Shown here: positions 37,690 through 51,162 of the stretch, piece after piece
How the letters are laid out: every line of letters starts with the position of its first letter
Position numbering within the stretch: the stretch's first letter is position 1
Assembly: GCA_907165135.1 (NCBI GenBank)
Contig: OU015569.1
Location: 2,914,001-2,978,000 of the forward strand
Direction of reading: 5' to 3'
DNA: 64,000 nucleotides
Source of the DNA: Oikopleura dioica
Taxonomy: Eukaryota; Animalia; Chordata
Position numbers and translations under genes: made by a program
Notes under the pieces: generated by a model
Told to the model about the DNA's origin: nothing
Seen by the model: the letters and a program-made list of their open reading frames with translations, nothing else
Database searches by the model: none

Positions 37690-38200
37690 TCATTGTACAG
37701 TATTGATGATGGTATCTGGAATTCCGACTATTATCAATTATGGAACTTCGACCAAAGAATTGGCTGCACTTCTAAAAGCTCTTAAGTTTAACCGACAAAC
37801 TATCAGTAAAAGATTAGAGTCCACGTTAGTGCACTAGAACTGTATTTTCCCAGAATAAATACAAAAGTGCTGTCCTTCCTTGTAGAGCAGCTTCCACTTC
37901 TGGAATTAATAATTTAGACTACCTGACGGGTTTGTAGCAAGTGACACAATCAATCGAAAAAAGAGTTTGTGAGTAGCTTCCAAATTTGATCAACTTAATC
38001 CAGACACAGTACGTCCCCCGCGCGCAGCAAAACAATATGGACATCCAGAGCGACTACAAGAGGAAATCTTACCGAAAACAGCTTTCCCGACAGGCGAGGG
38101 CTTTCAGAACGCAGAGATACTGTAATAACTGTATTTCAAACACGGGCAACTGACAAAAACGATAATCATATACTATTGCCGAGTAAAAAGCAGCATCACG
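37690..38200 (-). CDS. Possible small membrane-protein gene
   Basis: Hydrophobic exon-like segments (SLWMSILFCCARGTYCVWIKL; ALLYLFWENTVL) bounded by splice-like sites. Weak. Confidence 0.25.
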
Positions 38201-38480
38201 TCCGTACTAAGGTTTTAATAATTAACTGCTTGTAAAGTTTTCCTTGATTTTGTTGGTTTTTCACTATTTTGGGAGAGAAAAAAAGAAGATGCACAAATTC
38301 AGAAAATTCTCAATAGGTACTTTTGAATTGATACCTAAATTAAAACGAATCGAGAAGAATTGAAGCTGAAATATGAAATACCGTCATTAGTTTGTTTTAT
38401 CAAGCCTTGTTACTAGCTGGATGTCGACTAGATGTGAATAATATAAAACTTGTGAATAAAATATCATCAAATTTTAGGAA

Positions 38481-39947
38481 ATGGCTCTGGCTCGTCAGCA
38501 GGTCACTCTGATCAAAGTAAAGGTTAGAAGGGATCAGTTTTTCTTAAAGTCAGCGTTCGGGAAAAAAAGCGGATTAATTTGATCGTGAGCCGCCCAGACT
38601 TTTAACCCGCTTGCGAGATTCGATCATTCTATTCACAAACTAAGAGGATGGCAGCTTATAGAAAGTCCGAAACAGTCGAGAAAACGATCTACGGACCGGC
38701 GAAAATCCATGAGAGGACCTAATGTCTTGAGAAAACAGAGAGCGCTCGACATTTCTATCAACAAATCCATGGAGCAGCGGAACTCAGTTAGGAGGCCAAG
38801 GAGGAGTTCTTCAACAGTAGAAGGTGTTCTTTATACTGGCATTTGGGAGGAACTCCAAAAAGGGTCAATGACATTGATGACGACGGCGACCTTGACTTCC
38901 AAACCTCCGGAGGAGACAGAGAACTGCACCCATTTATTCGACCTGGACTTTGCACAATTATAATAGGCCGGGCGCACGATTTCGAGGAACACTTGAATAT
39001 CGAATTGGATTTAAAATGCCTATTTTCGTGAGCCTTTTTCAAGGATTGGATTCGATTTAAAATTGCTCTGAGATTCAACGCGTGAATTTACTTTTTGAAC
39101 CTTTGAGAGCCCTTACACTACTATTGAGCGCATTCGTCCTCTTTAATATTTCAACAGGAGTACTCGGATCGGCCTGCGCGCGGCTAGCGATACCGCTGTC
39201 TTGGTGTCAAACTCTAACAGAAAAACAATTTCAGTCAAGTACTCACTAAAGCCGCGATAATAATAAGAGCGATTCTGAGTTTAATTTGTCGGCTAATGAG
39301 TCGATCAAGTTCGGAATTTATTTGTTGCTGGTCAGTGGAGCGATTTTTCTAATTGGACTTGGCGTTACGCTTTGGGCCGCAATTTATGTGAGTTGCGGTT
39401 GGTTATGAAAAAGATTATATTTTGGCTTAAAGTTGCTGAAAAATTCGACGCTGGTGAGGAAGTCGTTGAAAGAACGTTATCTCGCCAAACTGATGGAGTG
39501 CTCCAAAGGTGACAGGCCAAAATCTTATTGGAAAGAGCTCTTGAACTTGGGGTCATTCTAGAGGCAATTTGGGAAAGCGAGACGATAGAAGCAGGCAGTC
39601 AGCTAGTTGTGGCGAACCTGAAGCCGGGATTTTGGTGGTGGATCCGAAACATCGACCGCAAAATGATTAATCAAGCAGGCATGTAGCGTGAGGTGTTCTC
39701 TTCTTCAGTTGCAACAAACAAGATGTGTTGTCTTTCGATTTAATATTAACGCCAAAAGATGAAAAGATTCAATATCTATTCCAATCTAGTGTATTTGGAT
39801 ATATCGGACGAAGCGAGCCAGCAGCGGGAGATTCAAGTCAGGGAGCTCTACGTCCCGGACGGAAGTCCAAGGCGAAATTCCTTAAAATCCGAGATCTCGA
39901 GGCAGAGTTCTGTTACCTCAAGAAATGAAGACAGGGTTTTTAAATAA
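38481..39947 (+). CDS. Uncharacterised, probably single-pass membrane protein
   Basis: TTTAG acceptor 3 nt before the ATG. Exon-like ORFs 38843-39031 and 39759-39947. TM-like GIYLLLVSGAIFLIGLGVTLWAAIYV near 39310-39390. Confidence 0.35.
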
Positions 39948-40383
39948 CGATTCGGGCGGAATTTTATCACAACTATCGAACCCCTTTTTAGAAGTTTCTA
40001 AAGAAGTAGAAAGCGTGTATTTCAAACTACCCTTCGAGTAAGCCATATTGAATGATTAAACTTAGAATTTCTCAAATTTGCAGGTATCGCCTAAAGCTCG
40101 AAGAAATGGTGCGCGCCGTCGCTTTAGATGGAATTGACAGTAACCAGGTGAACGTAGGCCAGTAGTCAGCCCCGCTCAATAATGAATAGACGCAGAGAAG
40201 AGCATGTCGGTGTTGGAATGATAAGACCGATTTTGTCTCGACTTTCGACATCGATCAGCTCTACCTTTCAGTTCAGAAGCCAAAATGAAGAGAATTTCAA
40301 AGATGATTCAAAAATTGTATATTTCTGTATTGATAAAGATTTACAAAAAAAGAATGAATTTCAATTTCAATTAAAAAACTCGC

Positions 40384-41651
40384 TCATAGGACAGGCGAAA
40401 CGATCTGAAGCATTTTGGTTTTGCAGTCGAACGACGCCTTTGAGCGATGATGGTCGATTTGGAGCTCTTGAAGCCACATTTCCAAGAAGTAGAGGCTGGG
40501 CGTGGCGACGAGCTTGACGCAGTCTGGATTCACTTGGAGAGTCAGCGCGCTGCTGGAATGTAGTCGGGGCAGTTTCATTGATACTTTGATGTTGTGGCCT
40601 TCGCGGCAGACTTCGATGTCTGAATAGTGGCTTTTGAGGACAGATTCTAGCAATGGTCTCTCTCGAGTAGAAGGGAAAGACATTTTGCCATCGAATTTTC
40701 TACTTCTCGGTTACCTTCTGGGTATTCTCCTCTGCTCTTAACTTCCTCCATCTTCGGATTCTTCGAGCGTTTTCGAATTCGCTGCAGCGCAGGTTTTCCC
40801 ATTGCTTTTCGATTCTTCAGCATCACCCAGTTTCTGTCGCAATCGAGCCTAAAAAGAACAATTTACTCAATAATTCCATTCAACAAGAAAACTCACCCAT
40901 ATTTATCCTCGAGTCCTTGGATGGCGACTGAAATTAAGAATCCGATTTGATACGTGGCGTTTTCTTCTTGCAGTCGCAACAGGTAGCCTTTATTTACGAC
41001 GATGTCGAATACGTCGCACTCATTTCGTTTGTTGTCTTTTTCCACTCTTAAAATTTGTAAGTAAGCTTTTTTTTACTCCTTTCAAAAGCTCTAGCAGCTG
41101 GGCTACGCGGCTTTTAATTAAATCTTTTTCTTCACTTTTTAAATCGTCACCTCTTTTCTCCAAGGGAAATGGGAACTCGGTAAGTGACCGTCAGATTGTC
41201 CCTTTCAGCTTCTTCCACTCGTCGCTGGAGTTCCGTTTCGGTGATTGGCGGCGGACTGGGAACGGCATCGTCGTAGCAAATGTTCAGAAACACTTTTGTT
41301 GCGTCAGGCTTTAGGTGCTTCGTCTTGATGCAGAATAGAGGCGTCGGAGTTACTATATTTTTAAAATTAATTTATATTTCGAAAGTTACTACCGATGGTT
41401 TTTGCTCTTATACCAAGAAGCGCCACCACTATGAGTCTCGAGACATTCGATTGGCTACACCAAAAAACGCTTCATTTTTAAATTTCGGGGTAAAAATCAA
41501 AACCATCGGTATTTTGTCAGATTGACTCACTTTCTGAGTATTCCTCTTGTTGCTTTTTCGTAAAGTTGAGTTTCTTTTCGAAATCGGACATTTCCACCTC
41601 GTGCATTTCATTTTGCTGCGTCCTCTCGCCGATTTTGTACAGCTCCTCCAT
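40384..41651 (-). CDS. PIH1D1: PIH1 domain-containing protein 1 (R2TP co-chaperone)
   Basis: TPTPLFCIKTK, KVFLNICY, RVPISLGE, IQGLEDKY and KASFDCKTKMLQIVSPVL* match recalled human FCIKT, RIPMSLGE, EGLEDKY and KAAFHRKRKQLMVAMPLL. Confidence 0.85.
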
Positions 41652-41792
41652 CCTCTTTCCAGTCGCCCTTGATCTCTGAAGCCTGGGGCTGTGCGCGCGC
41701 GCTGATTGGCCGCTCGTCTCGTCTTCGGAAAAGAAAAAGGAAAGTCCTGAAGAGGAAGAGGAGCAACGCTAGAAATAGCCGCAGCAGAAAAG
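41652..41792. promoter_or_regulatory. 141-bp bidirectional promoter region between PIH1D1 and BET1L with a CCAAT box
   Basis: Divergent ATGs at 41651 and 41793. GCGCGCGCTGATTGGC at 41695-41710. Confidence 0.65.
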
Positions 41793-42945
41793 ATGTCACG
41801 TAACGGAGGCGTGAACGAACGATTGCTCGAATCGGAGAACAACAAATTATCCGATCAGCTGGCGCGCAAGATCTCAACCCTCAAACAAATCTCAATAGAC
41901 ATGAAGGTATCCGAAATCGCAAAAAGAGATCGGTCTCGTAAAAATTTTCATATAAAAACTGGTCCAGCATTTCCATTTTTCGCCTGTTAGAGTCAAAATT
42001 TTGGTTCAAAAGTGCACTCTTTTCCGACAAATTTCGTTGAAAAACGATAATATTCGGCTAGTTAAGGGGGAGGTCGACGAGAATCGGGATTTTTTCAACC
42101 AAAATTCCGGAAAAACTAGCTTTGAATGAAAAATTCTGATTGTTCAGGTGAGTAGAAAAGGGTTTGAAAAATACAGCGGCGAAAACTAGAAAAAATTTTG
42201 TCCAGAAAAAATGGGCGTAATCGTGTCTCAAAGTGGACCCCAAATCGCAATTTTGGCAATTTTGCGATTTTATCGCTATTTTTTTTATGCCACATTTGGT
42301 AATGAAGTGCACGAAATTCCTGCAAAAACTCGTGAAACTCGTTGCCGCTGTCTTCTAAATACCCTTCTGTTCTCACCTGATAAGTCAAAATATGTTTACA
42401 GAATCGGGTTTTTCGGGAAAATTGGTTTAAAAATTCCGATTCTTGTCGACCCGCCCCTTAAAAGAAAACCTAGGTCAGGGTCTGGGAACTATGCGGCCTT
42501 CCGCTGGAGATTTTTCAGGTCCTGACTCAGGTTTTCTACACAGGTTGCCGAACCCAGATCAGTAAAGTTACTGCTTCTAGATTTCCTCGCCGGAAATTTG
42601 TTATTATAGCTGTTATATAAAGACCTAATTTATGTTAAAAAGATGATAAATTTTTCTTTTTCAATGGATGAATTCTAAATATCTTAAAATCAGAACGACG
42701 TTGATGGCGACCTGAAGTACTTGGACAACATGGGATCCGATTTAGGAAGTCTTGTCGATCGACTGCTTCCAGGAACATCGAAACGCTTCTCAAAAATGAT
42801 GGATACTCGGTACAACAAATTAATCGTCTTTATAAAAATTAAAAATCGCTTTTTTAGTGGAAACAAGAAAATAATGTGCTACACAGTCGGCTTTCTCGTC
42901 TTTGGCTTCGTGCTTTTGCACTATTTGATATCCTACAGGACATAG
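41793..42945 (+). CDS. BET1L: BET1-like Golgi SNARE (GS15)
   Basis: ERLLESENNKLSDQLARKISTLKQISIDMK|NDVDGDLKYLDNMGSD...KRFSKM, with a C-terminal TM. Closer to BET1L (ILDRENKRMADSLASKV...KRFSTM) than to BET1. Confidence 0.8.
42066..42457. mobile_element. 392-bp MITE with ~50-bp imperfect TIRs (GGGG...CCCC) and TTAA TSD (Kolobok-like)
   Basis: TTAA|GGGGGAGGTCGACGAGAATCGGGA at 42062-42090 versus TCCGATTCTTGTCGACCCGCCCC|TTAA ending at 42461. In BET1L intron 1. Confidence 0.82.
42516..42557 (-). repeat. Dispersed hAT-like terminal repeat family, copy A (BET1L intron)
   Basis: Reverse complement CTGGGTTCGGCAACCTGTGTAGAAAACCTGAGTCAG shares 25 exact nt with copy B. Confidence 0.8.
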
Positions 42946-43296
42946 ATTATTTCCAGCCCCTTGGAAATCGACACTACTGGAACTTACAGTTCGTTCTGTT
43001 TAATTAATTACATCTCTACTTTTGAATTCTTGTTCAACGGAAAGAAAGAAGACTCAACATTTTCAACCCCGTTTTTCGTGTTTCTCAGCATTGTGCAATA
43101 TTTTCAACCTTTCAAGCAGCGTTTTATTTCATAAAATCCTCCTCTTTCTCTTTTTCTCGGATCCTCTTTTTCCGACTTTCGTTTATACTTATTTACCTGC
43201 TATTTTCTGGCTTTACTTAAAATATTCTTAATCTTTACATTATGATTATTAACCATTTTCGATCTTTTAGGAGTGTAAGCTTGAGAAAAAGCGAGG

Positions 43297-44443
43297 ATGC
43301 AGTGCAACTTGAAAATGATCGACCCAAGTGGCAAAGGACTTTGCGACTGCGAACGCCCAGCGAATTCCCGAAAGTCCATCAAGTTCCAAGTCGTCGTCAA
43401 GACAATCTGCCCGCTTCATCCAGAGACGCTATATTTCATCCAACGCGCCTCAATGATGCGAGTGCCAATCGAGCTCATTCCTTACAATCACAGAGAAATC
43501 TCCCTCTTCAACAGTAGGGTAAAAACTGGGTCGCTAACCTGTGTAGAAAACCTGAGTCAGAGTCTGGAAGATCTACAAGTCGGCTTTTCTAAAATCGAAG
43601 CCGCAGAGCGGCTTCGCTGAAAACGCCGTAGGAAAAGCCCTACAAGGGATCCCTACTTCCTAGAAACTACCATCAATGCCAGTCTACAATAACTTTCAGA
43701 AAATGGCTGCGTGCGTGAATGTAACAGACCATCCGGTGATAAGACGAGCACTGAATGATTTGGGCGACTACTCGGCGGGCGAATGCGCTAGAAACAAGCT
43801 CTTAGCGCGACAGCTGCTCGCTGAAAATTTGCGAAGATACGTGCTCTTCTCCCTTCATAACGGAAAACTAGAAAAGCACTGGCGAGCGCAGTTGGAAACT
43901 TTTCTCAGAATGGGTCCAAAAGGTATCTTTTTCGTATTCTGCTTAGCTAAGTTCTTTATTCAGTCAAATTATTTGACTACTCTCGCGACGGGGTGATCGC
44001 CTTCCATTGGAGCTCACAGCCAAGAGAACGCTTGGAGAAAAACGCATTCGAGGATTTGGCAGCGCTCGAACGACTCAAGGTAAGATTTATTAGCGAAATA
44101 CAGGTAAATAGTTATTGAATTCTAGCGCTACGAATACTTCGGCGGGGACGAGCCCGATGTAATCGACTGCGAAATTGCAGCAACCCTTCTTTGGTTGGCG
44201 CACGAGAAAGACACGCGCATCTCAAAAGCGCTCCGAAATTCGCGAATGTGGTGCCAGTACTTGCGACGAATGGAGAAGATTTTAACCCAAGCCAATACCA
44301 ACTGCCAAAACCTAAGCCTTCGCCTCATTCATTGCAGTGCTGGCAGCCTCTTTGAAATCGCCATCAAATACACTCCCACCGCCTTTATCCTCAGCGGACT
44401 TGCAATCGCGCTGATTGCTTGCTTCAGAGGAGCCAAACTGTAA
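43297..44443 (+). CDS. Metaxin/FAXC-family GST-fold protein with a C-terminal membrane anchor
   Basis: IPYNHREIS (cf. FAXC IEYNHEKVS), NAFEDLAALE...YFGGDEPDVIDCEIA, and C-terminal TM AFILSGLAIALIACF. Start uncertain. Confidence 0.65.
43526..43575 (+). repeat. Dispersed hAT-like terminal repeat family, copy B (intron 43519-43663)
   Basis: CTGGGTCGCTAACCTGTGTAGAAAACCTGAGTCAG. Confidence 0.8.
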
Positions 44444-44629
44444 CTGTTGCAGTGTTGAAATTCATCCTCAAGCAGCTTTAGTCAAGCTTATATTTTATCT
44501 ATTTATTTATTCACCAAAGTCTATCTCTCATTTTTTTACCTGAAAGCCAACAAGGACTCAAACTATTTTCATAATAACTCCGATTTTCGGTATTTTGTTT
44601 TTAGATAGAAAAAAGAGCGTTTTGTAAAG

Positions 44630-45639
<1,010 letters not shown>

Positions 45640-45851
45640 CACGAAATTTAATATCAAAATATGCTATATAAAAATTTGCAATTTTCAATTCCCTTTCCCT
45701 TTTTATTTTCTGCCGAGTTCTGACTAGTTCAACAAAAACTCTTCAAGATCGTCGCTAGTGATACATGTAATAGATACAGACACGTTTTGTTCAAAGAAAG
45801 AAAACATACAAAATACATAGACTCATATTGTTTTTTCGTGATTTAGATGAA

Positions 45852-46868
45852 ATGACAGCTTTACGATTGAATTGCCGCTGGAGCGGCGGAAGACAGAATC
45901 TCGAAGGGATAACTGCAGAGACTACCCTTGAGGATCTCATCGCTCAGATATGGTCTCTGTCGGGAGTCGAGCCTTCCGACCAGATCCTTCGTTCTGGCTA
46001 CCCTCCTACCCTAATTGACATGCAAGATCTCTCCGTCAGTTTGTCGACAGCTGGTATCACCAATGGCTCCCTGATTGCCGTAGAAACTAAATCCAAAAAA
46101 GAGTTCCAAACTGACGAAACTCCAATAGTAGATCTAACCAAAGCAGAAACTGCTTCCCAATCGAAGGTTAGTTGACGAATGCTGAAGAAATTTTGGCAAG
46201 ATTGATCGATTAGAAAAGTTCAGGGATGCGGCGATTCGACGTTCCAGGCGACAATCACTGCTTGTTCTATTCGATTTACTTCTTGATGAACGAGGGCGTG
46301 CTCGAAAAGTCAAAGGCGCGGCAGCTGCGCGCTACCGTCGGCCAATACGTGATGCAGCCTTCAAGCAGCTTCACCGAGCTGGTACTTGGGAAGCCGCAGG
46401 ACGACTACGCCGCGTGGATTCAATCCAACAACAGCTGGGGCGGAGCAGTCGAAGTGAAAATATTCAGCAATCTTTATCGCGTCGAAATTCACGCGGTCGA
46501 CATTATGACCGGCCGAATCGACAAGTACAACGGTGGTAAATATCAACAGAAGATTTTCTTGCTGTACGATGGAATCCACTACGACCCGCTTTACTGGGAG
46601 TTTGAAGAGCAAGGATTGCCAAAGCAAACTGCCTTTCAATCAGATGACATGACCTCAGAACTTGGCGCTGTTGAAATCGCCAGAGTTCTTCAAGGTAACT
46701 TTCTAGTCCCTTTTTGCTTGATGATGATCGTTTTTAGCTGCTCGACAATACACCGATGTTTCAAAGTTCAGCATAAAATGCGAAGTCTGCGCGAAATATC
46801 TCGAGGGCGACAGAGAAGCCGCTTTACATGTTCAAGAAACTGGTCACATGCAATTCGTGGAAATTTGA
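45852..46868 (+). CDS. YOD1: OTU1/YOD1 deubiquitinase (UBX-like, OTU, C2H2 zinc finger)
   Basis: GYPP in the UBX-like domain, VPGDNHCLF, WGGAVE, LLYDGIHYD and CEVC...HVQETGH. Confidence 0.92.
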
Positions 46869-47334
46869 TGCTTTCTCTCTTGAATTAATTGATAATACTC
46901 TATCCATTTTCCCTCCTTTCTTTTTCAAATAAAAGTCCATTTTTTCAAAAATGAATAGTCTCCAACATCGGCAAATAAACATGTATTAAAATCACATCAC
47001 CAAAAATGATTGAATCAAATTAGTTTTTCTCCATTCGTCTCATAAGCACAAAGAAGTCACCTTCTAAATCTACGGATAAACAGTAGAAAACAGTTAACAA
47101 ATATTTGTCTGTTTCTGTCCTTCTTCTACACGGCTATAATTATACTCAACAAGCAAAAAAGCCCATAATTTGTAAAAGCGTCTTTGAAGTTTGGTAAAAT
47201 GCAAAATTATTTTTTATAGAAGCTGTCTCGAGTCGGTGGACTCGTGTTTCCTGTGTGGCAAATTGACGGAATCGGTAGCATCTAATTCAAATTCGAAAAT
47301 TGGCTCCACAATTCGAGAAGAGAGGAACTAGCTC

Positions 47335-50300
47335 ATGCAGTTCGATGGGGAGGCGCATCATCATCCGCAGCACCACCACGCCCACGCTACGGCAGCTCAC
47401 CATATGAACCCGCACATGAGCAACGATGCGATATACGACCGCTTCCGCAAGTTAGGCAATTGGGAGCGGATAGACTTCATGTGCGGCCTGCTCGATCTGT
47501 GTCACCCCTTCGAGGTGCGTTATCTCGGCACGTTTATCGAAGAACTGCGTAGAAAAGACTACGACACGCTGAAAAAGTACGAAGATAAGGCAAACACGGG
47601 GGACAACCCGCCCAAGGACTTTCTCAATCTCGAGGATAAATCTGTTCGTGCTAACTTGGTCATTTCCCTCACTTTATTATCCTCAAAAAACGAGAAAGGT
47701 AAGTTAGAACCACTAACGAGCAGTTTGTTTCATCTCAATCTCAGTCGCTTCGGTTATATTCACTATCCTGCACAATTTCATGGAATCATACATTACCCAC
47801 TACCACAAAGACGGAGCCGCCCTTCAAGAGTACCTTCTCCTGCTGATTCTAGCTGTTTCCCATCCCGCCTTCACTATTGAGCAAAAACAGTGCCTAAGGA
47901 GGCATATAGACAATTTAAGATCGAACGACTCAAAGTAAGCTCATCTCTATCTCCCTAAATCTAACCAGCTGTTCAGTTTTTATCCTTTCCCGAGAGCGTT
48001 GAATGCGCAACAGAACGCGGTGGATAGCATTCACCGTCAGCGATTCAACGACACTAAAGATAATTGCCACGCTACTGCTGCCAAGCTCAGCGAGATAACA
48101 CTGAGAGTGTCCGACTGCGCGAAGAGGCTGCAGGATGGAAGACAAGAGCCACTGATGGAGGACGAGATTATCCTACATATAGACGTCACCTGGAGTGATA
48201 ACCGAAAGAATGAAGTCCTCAGGAGTCTAAACGAAGTTTCCATACTCGAACGAGATATGAGACACGAACTTCTGGGAATGGAAGATATGCAAGGCATGAA
48301 GGAACTCTCTGCTGAGCTGCAGCAGACCTTTTCAGTTTTTAGAGGTTTGATCTTGTACCTTTTGCCCTTGTTACCATCCTCGTTTTAGATATTATTCCAT
48401 CACAGTTCAAAAATGATCCGCCGGCGGACGTTAAAAGCGCGCTGCATAAATTTATCAAGTAAGCTAGCGATGCAGCTTTTCAAAGAAGCTAACGACTTCT
48501 AGTGATTTAACAAAACTGCCTCGCGAAGTCTTGGACCAAATGTACATGCGTCGTTTCTTGGGGCGGATGGATTCGCGGACTGAGCAACAGAGTCGTGGTA
48601 TACAAAATCGAGTGCCAGTGCCGCGAGAGACGGGTGATATCATTGAGGAGCTATCGTCAAATCCTTCGCATCAAACCGAAGAAAGCCAAGTCTACTGGTG
48701 GCTCAAGTTTCACAATATGGACAAATACTTCACATACTTTAAAGGTGCTTGTGGCTTGTTTATTGGTCTTAACACGCAAGGTTCAGATATGAAGCTGAAT
48801 GACTTAGTGACGAATCCAACGGAAGCGTTCCGAAGAAAGAATCGGCAAGAGATGCCAGAGTGGATCAGAACTCGCGTTAAAAACATTATTGCACATACAA
48901 CTAGGTAAATACAAGCATTTGACAAAGAAGTGGGCCAATGAGTGTGTGAAGAAACATTACCGAACGTGGATTTTGAGCTAACCCGGGACGCTTTTCTCTG
49001 ATCGTCTTTTATAAAAGTGTAGATTGCTGATTTTCAATTGAGAGTGCAATGTGTGATTTATTCGCTATTTTTATTTATAAACGCTGCACCCGGCCAGGCC
49101 ATTTAGCTATGCGTTATCCACCCCCATTCATCATCCTCCGAGCCTGCCTGTCTTCTATCAGCCTCCAGGAATGACTTCAAAGGCGTTTTATCGATATTTT
49201 GCGTTGTAGGCAGAGAGAAACAAATCAAGCCTCTTTGTTTAACGGAAAATGAAGTCCTTTGCGCAGCGTTTGATCAGATCGTCCATCCTCAAATTGCCGA
49301 GATATCGATGGGTACTCTCAAATGGGTGCTCGAATAGAAAGTTTTTATAAAGTGTTTATTTTACTTCTTGCATGACGATTTTTGCACCATTAACCCAGTC
49401 CTGAACGGTCTTTCCGGCCGATCTGTATGGCTCCGCCACGTTTAAATCACAATCAGCCAAGAGAGTCCACTAGGGAGTCCTCGCCAAATTTGGAATGGCT
49501 CAAGGAGCAATTGGACATATTTGCGCCGGACGACGAGGAAGTTCACCGTCCCATCGAGAGGATAAATCCCGATTTAGTGCGGGTTGACTTGCCCAAAATT
49601 GACTCGCGGGAGGAAATACTCACACACTCATTGAACCTGACTTTTGGTTCATTACCAAAATTTGATCACAATTTTACTCAAAGGACGACGAGTTCGAGAA
49701 CGCCTCAATCACCCGACCCTGACGATCTAATCTCTCATCGTAAGATCTCATTCAAAAAAATATATATTGAGTGCCTTGTTTAGATTCGGATGACGAGTAT
49801 CAGAATGACCGTAGAAATCACAAGGACAACTTGTTGTCGCACTCGACATCAGCTCCCAACATCGGAAACTACAGGTTACATTTGGGTTTCTGGAGTGAGA
49901 GATCTAATCCAACTACCCCCAGGAGTCGACAAGGCGAAGATTCCTCGGATGAGTCTAGATCGACTTCGCAACAGGACTCGCGCCCGTCGAGCTCCCGTGA
50001 CCAGGACGGTCGAAGAGTCGTCGAAGACGCCGCTCGCCAAATGCCCATGATGAACGGGCCTCATCCAATGTACAATCCTCTTCATAATCAGCAAAGAAAC
50101 GTTTCCAACGCTGTCCAGCAGCAGCCTCAACAGCAATCCCAACAAGCACAACAGCAGCAACAAGCTCAGCAATCCCAACAAGCTCAGCAAGCTCAGCAAC
50201 AACAAGCTCAACAGCAGCAGGTAGCCCAGCAGCAACAGGCTCAGCAACATCAACAAATGATGGTAAGAAATCTCGAAAGCCTGTCTTTATCACTAATGAT

Positions 50301-51162
50301 GTTTATTTTAGATGGTCCAGAATCAGCAAACTCTAACAGCTTTCCAGCAGGCTCAAGCTCAGGCAGAAGCTGAACGCCACAAGATGAGCGTAAGGGTAAT
50401 TACCATCAGTCCAGTCTTTTAACTGAAATGTAGCAGATGAACCACGCAAGTGATCAAAGTCGGCAAATACCAATCTCCTTCCCGAACGTAGCTGGACAAC
50501 CTGGAATCCCAATGCTTCCTCCACCACTTGTGGGCGGCCACCGCCCTCAGCACATGACAATAAACGGTAGCGTTTATTGTCAATAAGCCCGTCTAAATGG
50601 AGGTTTAGGTTATCCTATGTACGCGATCAATCCTGACGGGCCGAATCTGCCACAGGTGCTCCAGCACCAATTGCAGCAACAAATGCAGCAAATCAGCATT
50701 GACCAGCGGAACCACCCAGGCAACTTCCCAATGCCTTTCCCGCAAATGCCGATGCCGAACTACACACATAACTTGCAGCATCCGCCTACTTCTCAGCCCC
50801 AATCGCAACACATGAGACATCCCTTCTCGGACCCAAGGCATCAGAACAACAGAATTAAGGTACCAAAGTATCCGAACTATTTGGACTGTTGATTAACGCT
50901 ATTCACGTTATATTTATTCAATTGATTCCAAGGCAAAATATAAATCAACTTCCCCGTTAAGCACCAAGGAGGAGGGAAGAAGTCGTCGTGCTATCGATGC
51001 GGCGGGCAAGGACACCAGGCGCAAGACTGTACCGAACAAGTAAGACCCCAAGCCGGGCCCGAGGAAACCGATTACGGACTCAAATTCTCTGCCCAAAACC
51101 CCAATCAGAACCCTCTTGACCGCGTTGAATCTCAGAACCAGCGCAAACAGGTTGAAAATTGA
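47335..51162 (+). CDS. ZCCHC14: ZCCHC14/ZCCHC2-family protein (N-terminal domain, SAM domain, Q-rich region, C-terminal CCHC knuckle)
   Basis: RIDFMCGLLDLCHPFEVRYLG...RKDY, SAM-like WLKFHNMDKYF, and SCYRCGGQGHQAQDC at 50989-51030 (human SCYNCGATGHRAQDC). The SAM domain favours ZCCHC14. Confidence 0.82.

Noticed and set aside
42058-42525. ORFs of 84-104 aa in BET1L intron 1 as a transposase
   Set aside because: They are short, F/K-rich and have no DDE motif. They lie within a non-autonomous MITE.
43519-43620. RVKTGSLTCVENLSQSLEDLQ as metaxin coding sequence (exonised repeat)
   Set aside because: A GT-AG intron at 43519-43663 removes it in frame (NSR|KLPSM), and read-through meets a stop at 43620.
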